64,000 bases of DNA from an uncultured Candidatus Saccharibacteria bacterium. GTDB lineage: Bacteria; Patescibacteriota; Andersenbacteria; UBA10190. Numbering within the stretch: the first letter of the stretch is position 1; each line of letters starts with the position of its first letter. The position numbers and the translations under genes were made by a program. The stretch is from NCBI GenBank assembly GCA_964562905.1, contig CAZLVG010000001.1, positions 2,297 to 66,296 on the forward strand, given 5' to 3'. Of this stretch, positions 1 through 9,086 are shown piece by piece. Below the pieces are notes generated by a model that did not search any database, was not told the origin of the DNA, and worked only from the letters and a program-made list of their open reading frames with translations.

Positions 1-1
1 G

Positions 2-1039
2 GTCAGCGCCGACATCGCGGCCGGCTCTTTTATTTTCAGAGCTACCGGCAGCACGGTTGAATTCGACGGTTATGTCAAGGCGCTGGGAGCCAAAGCGGCC
101 TTTAAGGAAACCGTTTTGCCGAAGCTGGAAAAAGGAGACACCCCGCAGCTTCAGGAACTGCTTCCGGAACAACACTTTACCCAGCCGCCTCCCCGATATT
201 CAGAGGCAACGCTGGTTAAAGCCCTGGAAGAACACGGTATAGGCCGTCCCAGCACATACGCTCCCACCATTGACACTATCCAGCGCAGAGATTACGTCAT
301 CAAAAACGAAGATAAAAAATTTCAACCGACCGAGGTGGGCGCTTTAGTAACCAACCTCCTGAAAGAACATTTCCCGGATATAGTTGATACCAAATTCACC
401 GCCGGTATGGAAAATGACCTAGACCTGGTTGCGGCCGGTGATAAACAGTGGCAGCCCGTTATCAGGTCTTTTTATGAGCCATTTCACGCCAACTTAGAAA
501 AAAAGGAGCGTGAGATAAACAAGAAGGAGTTGACTCAGGAGAAAACGGGTGAATCCTGCCCGGAGTGCGGAGGAGAGCTGGCTATCAAGCTAGGCCGTTT
601 CGGCAAGTTCAAGGCTTGTACCGGATTTCCCGAGTGCAAATACACCGAGCCCGTAGGCGAAGAAAAGGAACTGCAACAACAGAACAATAATGAAGTCTGT
701 CCCGACTGCGGTCGGCAGCTGGTGGTCAGACGAGGCCGCTTCGGTCCCTTCATGGGCTGTTCAGGTTACCCAGACTGCAAACACATCAAAAAGATAGAGA
801 AATCCACCGGCGTACTTTGCCCCCAATGCAACCAGGGGGAAATCGTCGAAAAAACCTCCCGGCGAGGCCGCCTTTTCTACGCCTGCAATCAGTACCCGCA
901 CTGCAAAAACGCCTTTGCCAACAAGCCCACGGGCCACCAATGCCCGCAGTGTGGCAGTTTGTTAGTAAGCGGAGCTCAAAACACCGTCCGCTGCTCCGAC
1001 AAGCAGTGCCAGTTTCAAAACCCCGGCAACTCTACCTAA
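2..1039 (+). CDS. topA: DNA topoisomerase I, C-terminal part (5' truncated by window)
   Basis: Frame open from base 2; QHFTQPPPRYSEATLVKALEEHGIGRPSTYA motif and repeated C4 zinc ribbons (CPECG...GRFGKF.AC.GFP.C). Confidence 0.97.
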   Translation, partial: VSADIAAGSFIFRATGSTVEFDGYVKALGAKAAFKETVLPKLEKGDTPQLQELLPEQHFTQPPPRYSEATLVKALEEHGIGRPSTYAPTIDTIQRRDYVIKNEDKKFQPTEVGALVTNLLKEHFPDIVDTKFTAGMENDLDLVAAGDKQWQPVIRSFYEPFHANLEKKEREINKKELTQEKTGESCPECGGELAIKLGRFGKFKACTGFPECKYTEPVGEEKELQQQNNNEVCPDCGRQLVVRRGRFGPFMGCSGYPDCKHIKKIEKSTGVLCPQCNQGEIVEKTSRRGRLFYACNQYPHCKNAFANKPTGHQCPQCGSLLVSGAQNTVRCSDKQCQFQNPGNST

Positions 1040-1081
1040 GAAACACCAGCCCACCCGCCTACCATGGCTTGCGGGTGCAGG

Positions 1082-1201
1082 TATAGCTATCACATTACGC
1101 CATGCCGCTCTGCAAATAAACGGGTGGCGCGGGCGGGGGGTGCGGGGCCGCGATAAGGACGCGCTAATAAGCATAGCGGCCTTGCAAATGTTGCCTCTAT
1201 A
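1082..1201. mobile_element. ~120-bp MITE-like dispersed repeat, copy 1 (right arm degenerate)
   Basis: TATAGCTATCACATTACGCCATGCCGCT...AAATAAACGGGTGGCGCGG...AGCGGCCTTGCAAATGTTGCCTCTATA; colinear with copies at 53536 and 60540; TA at both ends. Confidence 0.75.
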
Positions 1202-1232
1202 TTATCTCCGCTTTTTTTAATTACCCGGCCCT

Positions 1233-2654
1233 TTACACGTCATCCTCTCCCTGCGGCAGCGGCTTGGTGCCCAACAAACGTCCCAACAACTCATTGACAT
1301 CGCCCCGGCTATAACACCTGAACCTTATTTCGTAATGGTTCTTCTCCGGGCTGAAACTGACACGGGCATTATATCCGTAGCGGTCTTCCAACTCTCCACT
1401 GTATTTGGACTCAAAAGGAGTACGGCCGCCCCGGCTGCGGCGGGCGGAGTCGTCCACCTCCATAGCTCTCTGAATACGCCTGGCTCGCGTCTCCGCCTTG
1501 CGCACAGTCAGTCCTTCAGCTACCAGATGGGAATAAAAGCGTTTTTGTTTCTCTTCGTCGGGAATCATAAGTATGGCCCGGGCGTGACCGGCCGAAATCA
1601 CGCCGTCAGTCAGTCCCTGGCGAATAACTTTCGGCAACTGCAATACGCGTAGCATATTAGTAATGCTGACCCGGCTGCGCCCGATACGCTCTCCTATTTC
1701 ATGATGCGTCATGCCGTACTCATCGCACAACCGTTTATACGCCATTGCCTCCTCCACGGGATTCAAGTTTTCCCGCTGAATATTCTCTATCAGGGCCATT
1801 TCCAGCCGCGTGGAGTCCTCCCCCACCCCCCGGCGCACCACGCAGGGTACGCGCTCCCAGCCCAACTGCTGGGCAGCTTTTAACCTTCTCTCACCGGCCA
1901 CCAGCTGATATTTATCACCATGCCTCCTGACCACCAGCGGCTGCAAAATGCCGTGCTGGGCGATAGAATCCATCAGCTCCTGCATCTCCGCTTTATCAAA
2001 GTGCCGCCGCGGCTGGGTAGGATTGGTTTCTATGTCCCTAATTATCACGCTCCGCACCTTCTCCTCGTGCTTATCCCAGGCAGCGCCCTTCCTATCCTCC
2101 GAGCTGACCACGTTATCAAGCAGCTCTTCATCCGGCTGCCGCGCGCTGCCGGCCGGGGTGCCTTCACCCTCTTTTTCCCGCTCTTCCCCTCCTCCGGAAG
2201 TTTCCTCTTCCTCGCCGCCATCCACGGTCAAAGGGGTTACTAACGGTTGTTTGGGCCGTAATGTTTTCTCTTCTTCCGCTCCCGCTTCCGTTCCGCTGTC
2301 CTCCTTCTCTTCCTCCTTCGTCCGCGTCTGCACGTCCTGCATCTTACGTTTCGCCGGACTGGACTTTCCCGACCGGACGGAAGTCCCGTCTCTTGCCTCG
2401 CTCTCCGCTTGCCCTGACGCCGGGGACGAATCCTCGCCCACCACGCTTACCCTCTGTCCTGCGCCTTTCTTATTAGCAGCAGCTTCCCCCTCTCCACCGT
2501 TCTCCTCTCCACCAGTGTGTCCGCTGCCGGCCGCGTCATTTGTCCGTAGCTCCTTTTCCTCTTCCTCAAGGCGATCCACTACGTCATCGGCGCTGTCCAC
2601 GCCCAGCCTGGGAATAAGAGACTTAAGTCCTCCTTTGAACATTCTTTTTCTCAT
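1233..2654 (-). CDS. parB: ParB/Spo0J partition protein with long acidic N-terminal linker
   Basis: NPTQPRRHF, GILQPLVVR, LVAGERRLKA, ENIQRENLNPVEEA motifs; directly downstream of parA. Confidence 0.95.
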   Translation of the reverse strand: MRKRMFKGGLKSLIPRLGVDSADDVVDRLEEEEKELRTNDAAGSGHTGGEENGGEGEAAANKKGAGQRVSVVGEDSSPASGQAESEARDGTSVRSGKSSPAKRKMQDVQTRTKEEEKEDSGTEAGAEEEKTLRPKQPLVTPLTVDGGEEEETSGGGEEREKEGEGTPAGSARQPDEELLDNVVSSEDRKGAAWDKHEEKVRSVIIRDIETNPTQPRRHFDKAEMQELMDSIAQHGILQPLVVRRHGDKYQLVAGERRLKAAQQLGWERVPCVVRRGVGEDSTRLEMALIENIQRENLNPVEEAMAYKRLCDEYGMTHHEIGERIGRSRVSITNMLRVLQLPKVIRQGLTDGVISAGHARAILMIPDEEKQKRFYSHLVAEGLTVRKAETRARRIQRAMEVDDSARRSRGGRTPFESKYSGELEDRYGYNARVSFSPEKNHYEIRFRCYSRGDVNELLGRLLGTKPLPQGEDDV

Positions 2655-3415
2655 GAATATAAATTTAATAATTCTTCTGAAAGATACTGATAAGCTTTAG
2701 CCCCGCGGGACCTGCCCGCGTAGTTAATTATACACTGCCCCGCGCTGGGCGCCTCCGCCAGCTCCGTATTGCGCGGAATAACGCTTTCAAACACGTGGCC
2801 GGGAAAGGTCTTGCGCACTTGGCGCACCACTTTTCTGGCCATAGACACTCTCCTGTCATACATAGTCAGTAGCGCCCCTAAAACCTGCAGCCGGGGGTTT
2901 AGGTGCGACCGCACCAGCTCCACCGTCTGCAAGAGCTGCTCCAGGCCTTCCAGCGCCAGATATTCGCACTGCACGGGTATGAGCAAACGATCGGCCGCCA
3001 CCAAGCCATTAATGGTCAGCAAACCCAGGCTGGGAGGACAATCCACCAGGATAAATTCAAAATGATCCTTCAACGGCTTAAGAGCCCGGCGCAGCCGATA
3101 TTCCCGGTAAGGCCGCTGCATCAGCTCTATAGCCGCGCCGGCTAAGTTAGGAGTGGAAGCTATCAGATTAAGATTCTGAACAGCGGTGGGCTGCAGGGCC
3201 CGCAAAGCACTCTCCTGGCCCGTCAGCACCTCGTACAAAGTGACAGACTCGGCCGACAGCCGCACCCCTACCCCGGTAGTAGCGTTAGCCTGCGGATCCA
3301 GGTCAATGACCACGGTGGGATAGCCGGCTGCCGCTAAGTAGCCACCCAAATTAACGCTGGTGGTCGTTTTGCCCACGCCCCCCTTCTGATTAGTGATGGC
3401 TACCACTTCCGCCAT
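2651..3415 (-). CDS. parA: ParA/Soj ATPase
   Basis: NQKGGVGKTTT deviant Walker A, DLDPQANAT, DCPPSLG, PVQCEYLALEG. Confidence 0.97.
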   Translation of the reverse strand: MAEVVAITNQKGGVGKTTTSVNLGGYLAAAGYPTVVIDLDPQANATTGVGVRLSAESVTLYEVLTGQESALRALQPTAVQNLNLIASTPNLAGAAIELMQRPYREYRLRRALKPLKDHFEFILVDCPPSLGLLTINGLVAADRLLIPVQCEYLALEGLEQLLQTVELVRSHLNPRLQVLGALLTMYDRRVSMARKVVRQVRKTFPGHVFESVIPRNTELAEAPSAGQCIINYAGRSRGAKAYQYLSEELLNLYS

Positions 3416-3568
3416 GGCTACGAAGAGAAGGAATTTGCCGCTATATTAATCAGCATACTGCTATTATTGTAATATAACTGCCGGCTTTTACACAACAACC
3501 CTTTCAGTAAGCGCTTTTCCACAAGAAGGACAGCTACAAAGCTTGGCAACTATTCCTATCTCCTTGCG

Positions 3569-3611
3569 ATCAGTAATTCGTAACTCGTAACTCGTAATTC
3601 GTAATTCGTAA
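3569..3611. repeat. Heptamer tandem array (GTAAYTC)n, i.e. TACGART on the minus strand
   Basis: GTAATTC GTAACTC GTAACTC GTAATTC GTAATTC GTAA; related arrays at 39953 and 60724. Confidence 0.9.
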
Positions 3612-3618
3612 AAAAAAC

Positions 3619-3868
3619 TTCCTTGATTTTCCCCTCCCTTGATCATTACTATCTACACATCTTATGACTATGTTGAGCCACTACAGCCATATTGAGGTAA
3701 ATCGGTTAATCCAGATGTTTTAAGAACGCTTAATTAAGGCAAGATTACATACGCCTTGTTTAAGCGAATAACGTTTCTCTGCTCTATAATTGGCCTAACA
3801 GTAGCTTTGTTATGCCTCCTAATAGACTTGTGTAGATAGTAATGCCCTTGATGGGGGAATTTAAGGGG
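3619..3868 (+). ncRNA. Candidate ~250-nt rod-shaped structured RNA / long imperfect inverted repeat
   Basis: Perfect 16-bp IR CATTACTATCTACACA (3644-3659) / TGTGTAGATAGTAATG (3829-3844); outer stem 3619-3634/3853-3868 and inner stems pair with G-U on the + strand; the IR is certain, RNA status is inferred. Confidence 0.45.
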
Positions 3869-3944
3869 AGAAAATTAGGGAGCAGTTATCCGGTATTTCC
3901 TTGCTAGTTAGCTCTTTTAATGTAAGCTATCATACTTGCATGCG

Positions 3945-4031
3945 GCCGCGGTGACGGAATTGGCAGACGTGATGGCCTCAAAAGCCATTGGGAGCAATCC
4001 CGTGAGAGTTCGAGTCTCTCCCGCGGCACCA
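3945..4031 (+). tRNA. tRNA-Leu (anticodon CAA)
   Basis: GCCGCGG/CCGCGGC acceptor stem, ATGGC-CTCAAAA-GCCAT anticodon arm, long variable arm, GTTCGAGTC T-loop, encoded CCA. Confidence 0.97.
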
Positions 4032-4106
4032 GTTGGATAAGTTCACCCCGACAAGGCGGCCGGGTGCCGCCGGGCGGGGGCGAAAGTCTTCCGCCGGACG
4101 TCATAC

Positions 4107-5258
4107 CTATAAGAACACATACATCAGCACCAGGGCCGCGGCTAAAAGCCAGGCTATGGTAAAACCGGTGAAAGGCAGCACCGTGGCAAAAACGGCCACC
4201 AGGACCAGTGCCACCACGCCTTTGGAAACAGCCAGCGCCATCTCCAGCGCCACCACGTACTGCAAAGCCCCGACTTGCCTCCCCTGCTTATACAGCCGGT
4301 ACCACATGGGGATCCTAATGCCTATGAAGGCCGTTTTTGACAGGGTGTCCGTCAGTAAAACTCTAAGCGGGGTGGAAGATACAGGACGAAACAGATAGCC
4401 CAGTATCATGAAAGGCATGTGCATCCTTATAATATTCTTCCTGGAAAAGCGGTCACTTATCTCACCGACAAAGAAGCCCACCAACATCATTACCAACACG
4501 TTCAGGGAAGCCACCAGGCCCAACCGCGCCGCGCCGCCTAGAATAATGAACATGAAAATGGGCCAGAGTACCATATCAATCAGATTTTCTCCCCACCCTA
4601 TCATGGTCAGCACCATCTTACGGTGCCGGGGGGAAGCGATAATACGCCAAGGAGTGCCGTAGTTAAACTTCAGGCGGCGGTAATCCTCTTTGGTACGCAG
4701 CAGCGGGAACACGGCTAATAAGGCCAGGCAGGCGGCGGCCACAAACAACACCGGAAAACCGAAATGAGCGGCGATCAGACCGCCGGCCAGCGGGCCCAGC
4801 ACTCCCGCGCCCCTGCTTAGCGCGTACAACCAGGACAGTTCCGTCCCTTGGTTGTTCGCTTCGCTAAACAGGCAGACTTCGGTGTGGTAGGCCGGCCAGT
4901 AAAACAGCTTGAACAAAGTCAGTAATATCCAGGCGACCCAAAACAATCCCGGCAGCCACGGCAGCGAGGCCAGCGTCAGAAAATAAATAACAAAAAGGGG
5001 CATGGCAAGGGAAAGCGAGCGTTCCGATCCGAACCGGCCCACGAATTTCCCTCCCAGCGGCATGAGGACCGCGTACAGGGCGTAGTGAAGGGCGTAATAA
5101 AAAGCTATCTTGGACAGGGTAATACCCTCTTGGTAAAAAAAGACTGGCTCAAAGATCAGTATCAGCGCGCTGGCAAACGAAAAAAGAACAGTAAACGCGT
5201 ACAGCTCTTTCATTTCCCGTCTGGGCCTGACAGCGAACAGCCGGTAAAAAATGTTCAT
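4107..5258 (-). CDS. MFS-type transporter
   Basis: About 12 hydrophobic segments; GKFVGRFG and GEISDRFSRK loop motifs. Confidence 0.85.
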   Translation of the reverse strand: MNIFYRLFAVRPRREMKELYAFTVLFSFASALILIFEPVFFYQEGITLSKIAFYYALHYALYAVLMPLGGKFVGRFGSERSLSLAMPLFVIYFLTLASLPWLPGLFWVAWILLTLFKLFYWPAYHTEVCLFSEANNQGTELSWLYALSRGAGVLGPLAGGLIAAHFGFPVLFVAAACLALLAVFPLLRTKEDYRRLKFNYGTPWRIIASPRHRKMVLTMIGWGENLIDMVLWPIFMFIILGGAARLGLVASLNVLVMMLVGFFVGEISDRFSRKNIIRMHMPFMILGYLFRPVSSTPLRVLLTDTLSKTAFIGIRIPMWYRLYKQGRQVGALQYVVALEMALAVSKGVVALVLVAVFATVLPFTGFTIAWLLAAALVLMYVFL

Positions 5259-5293
5259 TGCCGTCTAGTATAACATTCTGCTAACTTAACCCC

Positions 5294-6619
5294 ATGAAAA
5301 AAGAGTCTCAAAAAACAAAGCCTTACCGCCTGGCTTTCGTGGGAGCCGGCTACGTAGGGCTGGTTTCCGGCACCTGCCTGGCGGAGGTGGGCCACAGCGT
5401 TATCCTGGTCGATAACAATAAAGAAAAAATAGCCCGGCTAAAGCGAGGAGGCATCCCTATCTATGAACCGGGTCTGGAAAGGCTGGTGCGCAAAAACGCG
5501 AAAGCGGGCCGTCTTACCTTTACCACCAACTTGCCGTCCGCCATCAAGAAGTCAGAGGTTATCTTCATCGCCGTCAACACCCCTCCCCTGCCAGACGGCC
5601 AGGCGGATCTGTCCTACGTGGCCGGCGCGGCGCGGCAGATAGCGCAGGCGGCCAACTCTTACAAGGTTATTGTGGATAAGAGTACGGTTCCCGTGCAAAC
5701 CGGCGAAAGAGTGCTGGAAACTATTAAGCAGCACAACCAAAAAACCGTTGACGTGGACGTGGTCAGCAACCCTGAATTCCTGCGGGAGGGCTCCGCCGTT
5801 GAAGATTTTCTCCAGCCTGACCGCATAGTGGTGGGCGTGGATAACAAACGGGCGGAGAAAATCATGCGTGCTGTCTACCGCCCCTTTAAAGCGCCGTTTA
5901 TCGTGACGGATGTGAAAAGCGCCGAACTCATAAAGCACGCCAGCAATTCTTTCCTGGCCACTAAAATCTCGTTCACCAACGCTCTGGCCCGCCTCTGCGA
6001 GCTGTCAGGCGCTAACATTGACCAAGTGGTTAAAGGCATGGGGCTGGACCAGCGCATCGGCCGCCACTTCCTCAAAGCCGGGCTGGGCTACGGGGGAAGT
6101 TGTCTTCCGAAGGACGTATCGGCCTTTATCTCCATAGCGAGGGAGCTAGGCTACAACTTCGGCCTGCTGAAAGAAGTTGCTAAAATAAACAACCGGACCC
6201 GCAGTCTGTTCATGCGTAAGATAAATCGGGCCCTGTGGGTTATTAAGGGCAGGACCGTAGCCGTGTGGGGACTGGCCTTCAAACCGAACACCGACGACAT
6301 GCGCAACGCGCCCTCCATAGAGATTGTCAACCAACTGCACGCTGACGGCGCCGCCATTCAGGCTTATGATCCACAGGCAAACCAGACAGCCAAAGCCGTT
6401 TTAGGCAATAAAGTGCGCTATAAGAAAAATATGTATGACGCCTTAAAGGGCGCCGACGCCCTGGTGATAGTAACCGACTGGGACGAGTTCAAGGAAGTTG
6501 ACTGGGACAAAGCCGCCTCACTGCTTGACAATCCTATCATCATTGACGGCCGTAACATGTATGAGCCCCAGGAGATGGAGAAGAAAGGATTGGTGTATCA
6601 CAGCGTGGGACGAGGATAA
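5294..6619 (+). CDS. ugd: UDP-glucose 6-dehydrogenase
   Basis: GAGYVGL, KSTVPV, SNPEFLREG, GYGGSCLPKD, GLAFKPNTDD. Confidence 0.95.
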   Translation: MKKESQKTKPYRLAFVGAGYVGLVSGTCLAEVGHSVILVDNNKEKIARLKRGGIPIYEPGLERLVRKNAKAGRLTFTTNLPSAIKKSEVIFIAVNTPPLPDGQADLSYVAGAARQIAQAANSYKVIVDKSTVPVQTGERVLETIKQHNQKTVDVDVVSNPEFLREGSAVEDFLQPDRIVVGVDNKRAEKIMRAVYRPFKAPFIVTDVKSAELIKHASNSFLATKISFTNALARLCELSGANIDQVVKGMGLDQRIGRHFLKAGLGYGGSCLPKDVSAFISIARELGYNFGLLKEVAKINNRTRSLFMRKINRALWVIKGRTVAVWGLAFKPNTDDMRNAPSIEIVNQLHADGAAIQAYDPQANQTAKAVLGNKVRYKKNMYDALKGADALVIVTDWDEFKEVDWDKAASLLDNPIIIDGRNMYEPQEMEKKGLVYHSVGRG

Positions 6620-6657
6620 ATCCAGTCGTTAATCTTTAGGAGCCGGCCAGGCAGTTG

Positions 6658-6788
6658 CATAGCTATCACATTACGCCATGCCGCTCTATACGCGTGACGG
6701 GTCCTTATCGCGGCCCTGCGCCCCCACGCCGCGGTGCAGTGGCTCCGGGGCGCGGGGGACCCCGCGCGCCGCGCCACCCGTTTATTTA
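6658..6788. mobile_element. MITE-like repeat copy 2: left arm plus inverted core with an insertion, right arm missing
   Basis: AGCTATCACATTACGCCATGCCGCTCT identical to copy 1, followed by the reverse complement of the core (GTCCTTATCGCGGCCC...CGCGCCACCCGTTTATTT). Confidence 0.7.
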
Positions 6789-6844
6789 TTGTTATCCGCC
6801 TTCGCCGGCTGGCGAACGGCAAAGTCAAAGATTTAACCGCTAAA

Positions 6845-7534
6845 TCAGGAATATTCGGAAAGCTTTCTGTGTGCCTCTTCCAACTGCTCCTTGTCATTGA
6901 CCGGCAGCCACCAGTCCGCTTCCACCACTTTTATTTTTTTACCTTTTTCCGCCATCATCTTCATCCATACGTCCGGAGTCTCATACTCCCCCCGGGCCGA
7001 AGGAGACACTTCCACCTCAAAGAAGCTCTGCTCCATCACCATCGCCCCGTTCCAGGCCAGATCCGACACGAACTCTTTCGGTTTTTCCACAGATTTGACC
7101 AGATACCCGCTTTCATCCGTAACCAGAATGCCCCAGTTTTCCGGATTGCTAACTCTTGACGCCAGCACCGCCAAGTCATACTGAACCAGCTCCCGCAGAC
7201 CCCGCGGCCCGAAAATATCATCCCCTACCATCCCCAGCCACCGGCCTTTGACCAGGTGCTTAGCCGCCCCAAAGGCGTGCGCCAAGCCCAGCTGTTCTTC
7301 TTGAACAACAAAAGTAATCGGGCGTCCTTCGTATCTCTTTGTTTTAAAATGTTCCCGTATAGCTCTTTCATGGGGGCCGCCGACAACAAAAATGAGCCGG
7401 TCTACCTCTGCCGGCAGCATGCGCAGCGCGTGCTCCACCACCGGCCGGGCGGCCACCGGCAACAACTGTTTCGGTCCTTCATAATACTTGGCCATCCGCG
7501 TCCCCTTGCCGGCCATCAGCACCACCGCCTGCAT
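6845..7534 (-). CDS. Sugar-phosphate nucleotidyltransferase (RmlA/GlmU N-domain like)
   Basis: AVVLMAGKGTRM, PKQLLPV, QEEQLGLAHA, VEKP, SARGEYE. Confidence 0.9.
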   Translation of the reverse strand: MQAVVLMAGKGTRMAKYYEGPKQLLPVAARPVVEHALRMLPAEVDRLIFVVGGPHERAIREHFKTKRYEGRPITFVVQEEQLGLAHAFGAAKHLVKGRWLGMVGDDIFGPRGLRELVQYDLAVLASRVSNPENWGILVTDESGYLVKSVEKPKEFVSDLAWNGAMVMEQSFFEVEVSPSARGEYETPDVWMKMMAEKGKKIKVVEADWWLPVNDKEQLEEAHRKLSEYS

Positions 7535-7568
7535 AGCAGCGCCCCAGTCAATCTCTTACCATAAAACT

Positions 7569-8990
7569 CTAGCCGCTGGGGGTGGGGGTAGCGGAAGGCA
7601 AGGGGGACCCCCAAGGGGTAATATTGAACTTACAGGTGGTATCTGCAGACATTATAAACTTAATAGACTCCTCCTTCTGGCCGGCCACAATAAGCTCCTT
7701 CTCCTGGCCAGCCACCCGCCAACAGCTCCATTCCTGATCGTAACCCCTGTACGGGGGAAGATCTTCTCCCACACTACCACGCAAAATCACTGCCTGGCCC
7801 GACGGCACATTTGTCTCGCAACGCCGGCCCGCCTGGGGGCCAACGGTGCCCAACTCCACCTTTGGCGCCGGCAGCCAGCAGTCTATTATCACCACATCAC
7901 TTGCTGTACTCCCTGTAACCGTCGCGTACAAGCCCGAAGCCCAGGACATGGGGTATCGATTCTGCCAGGCTGGGTAGGCTTTTAGTACCGGGTTGGGAGG
8001 AGGAGTGGGCGCGGCACACGTTAGCTTACAATCGCTTACCACGTGCTTTGCCACCACGCATGTGTGTCTAGGATTCCCGCTCTCATCCTTCTCATAAGAA
8101 CAACTTGCGGAAGCCGTGGCAGGTCTGCTACGGTAACTACTGTTGCACCTGAAGGCGGGCATGTCGCCGTCCTCCGGCGGCATACAAGGCGACTCGCACC
8201 AGATCTTCTCTGCAGCCTTTCTCTCCGCATGCTCCACTACCTCTGACGCTTTACAATCGTCTGAAAATCCCGCGAGCCTGCACGCCCTCTTCTCGGCTTT
8301 CTCCCTGGCTATTCTATACGCTTCCCGCGGATCTCGCAGAGGCTTATCATTTGACCCCGTTCCCACCAAAAGGTCCGTAGTATTGGTACCAGCGTTATAG
8401 CCATAGTCCGACTCCGGACAGTTTACCACCACGTAGTCGTCGGAGGGCGGCTCCGGCACGCACTCATAATTGCAATCGCACCCCCCAAAAACTTCCCCCG
8501 TCACCGCCACGGAAGCCACCCCCTCCTCCACTTGTCGTTGGAAGCCGCCATCCTCCCAATCTACCCCCTTCACTTCTGGATTATCACAACTGGCACTGCC
8601 TTGCCTTAGGCAGGAGTCTCCACACTTGTCACTATAATCAGGCTTGTTCACTTTGGATTCCACTCGGCTGCACAATTCTTCTTTAGCTTTATCCAGGGCG
8701 TTGCCTTGAGCCTCTTCTATCAACTTCATCCAAATTATATCGGCAACATCGTCCTCACCCGTACCCGCTGGCAAGCCAGGCCAGGACGCCTCACCTTCTG
8801 CCGCTACCGTTTCAGTTTCCGCATGCGTGTCGCTACAAGAAAGAGGCGGCAACGCTGTCTTAAGCTGTCTGGCGTATCTCTCCCAGCCAGCCACATAGAC
8901 CACCACTACCACAACCCCAACTACAAGCAGGCCCAAAACTACAGGCTTAAGAAACAATAAATTATTCCTCTTTTTCCGTCTCGTCGTCAT
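7569..8990 (-). CDS. Membrane-anchored cysteine-rich exported protein, unknown function
   Basis: Basic N-terminus plus one TM segment, about 22 Cys, Pro/Thr-rich linkers and tail. Confidence 0.75.
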   Translation of the reverse strand: MTTRRKKRNNLLFLKPVVLGLLVVGVVVVVVYVAGWERYARQLKTALPPLSCSDTHAETETVAAEGEASWPGLPAGTGEDDVADIIWMKLIEEAQGNALDKAKEELCSRVESKVNKPDYSDKCGDSCLRQGSASCDNPEVKGVDWEDGGFQRQVEEGVASVAVTGEVFGGCDCNYECVPEPPSDDYVVVNCPESDYGYNAGTNTTDLLVGTGSNDKPLRDPREAYRIAREKAEKRACRLAGFSDDCKASEVVEHAERKAAEKIWCESPCMPPEDGDMPAFRCNSSYRSRPATASASCSYEKDESGNPRHTCVVAKHVVSDCKLTCAAPTPPPNPVLKAYPAWQNRYPMSWASGLYATVTGSTASDVVIIDCWLPAPKVELGTVGPQAGRRCETNVPSGQAVILRGSVGEDLPPYRGYDQEWSCWRVAGQEKELIVAGQKEESIKFIMSADTTCKFNITPWGSPLPSATPTPSG

Positions 8991-9086
8991 TTTTCAGGTG
9001 GAGGGCTAACCATACGCTATTTATTTCTCATTCCTTATCCACAGAAGAGCTCGCCATGAAGATTAAGTATAGCACGTTTTTTTTGG

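Noticed and set aside
1948-2700. Long antisense ORFs (e.g. 1948-2700, 36273-37091, 54500-55180) and most short overlapping ORFs
   Set aside because: Shadow frames of GC-rich genes with no recognisable motifs
3416-3620. Possible oriC or parS upstream of parA
   Set aside because: Only mismatched DnaA-box-like words (e.g. TTTTCCACA), no cluster, no dnaA nearby and no parS palindrome seen
3821-3840. TGTAGAT resembling the 3' end of Cas12a CRISPR repeats
   Set aside because: Only one inverted pair, no direct repeat-spacer array and no cas genes in the window
9028-9057. Perfect DnaA box TTATCCACA (9035-9043) and a 9-codon leaderless uORF (MASSSVDKE, minus strand)
   Set aside because: A single box and a very short ORF are both expected by chance; no supporting context
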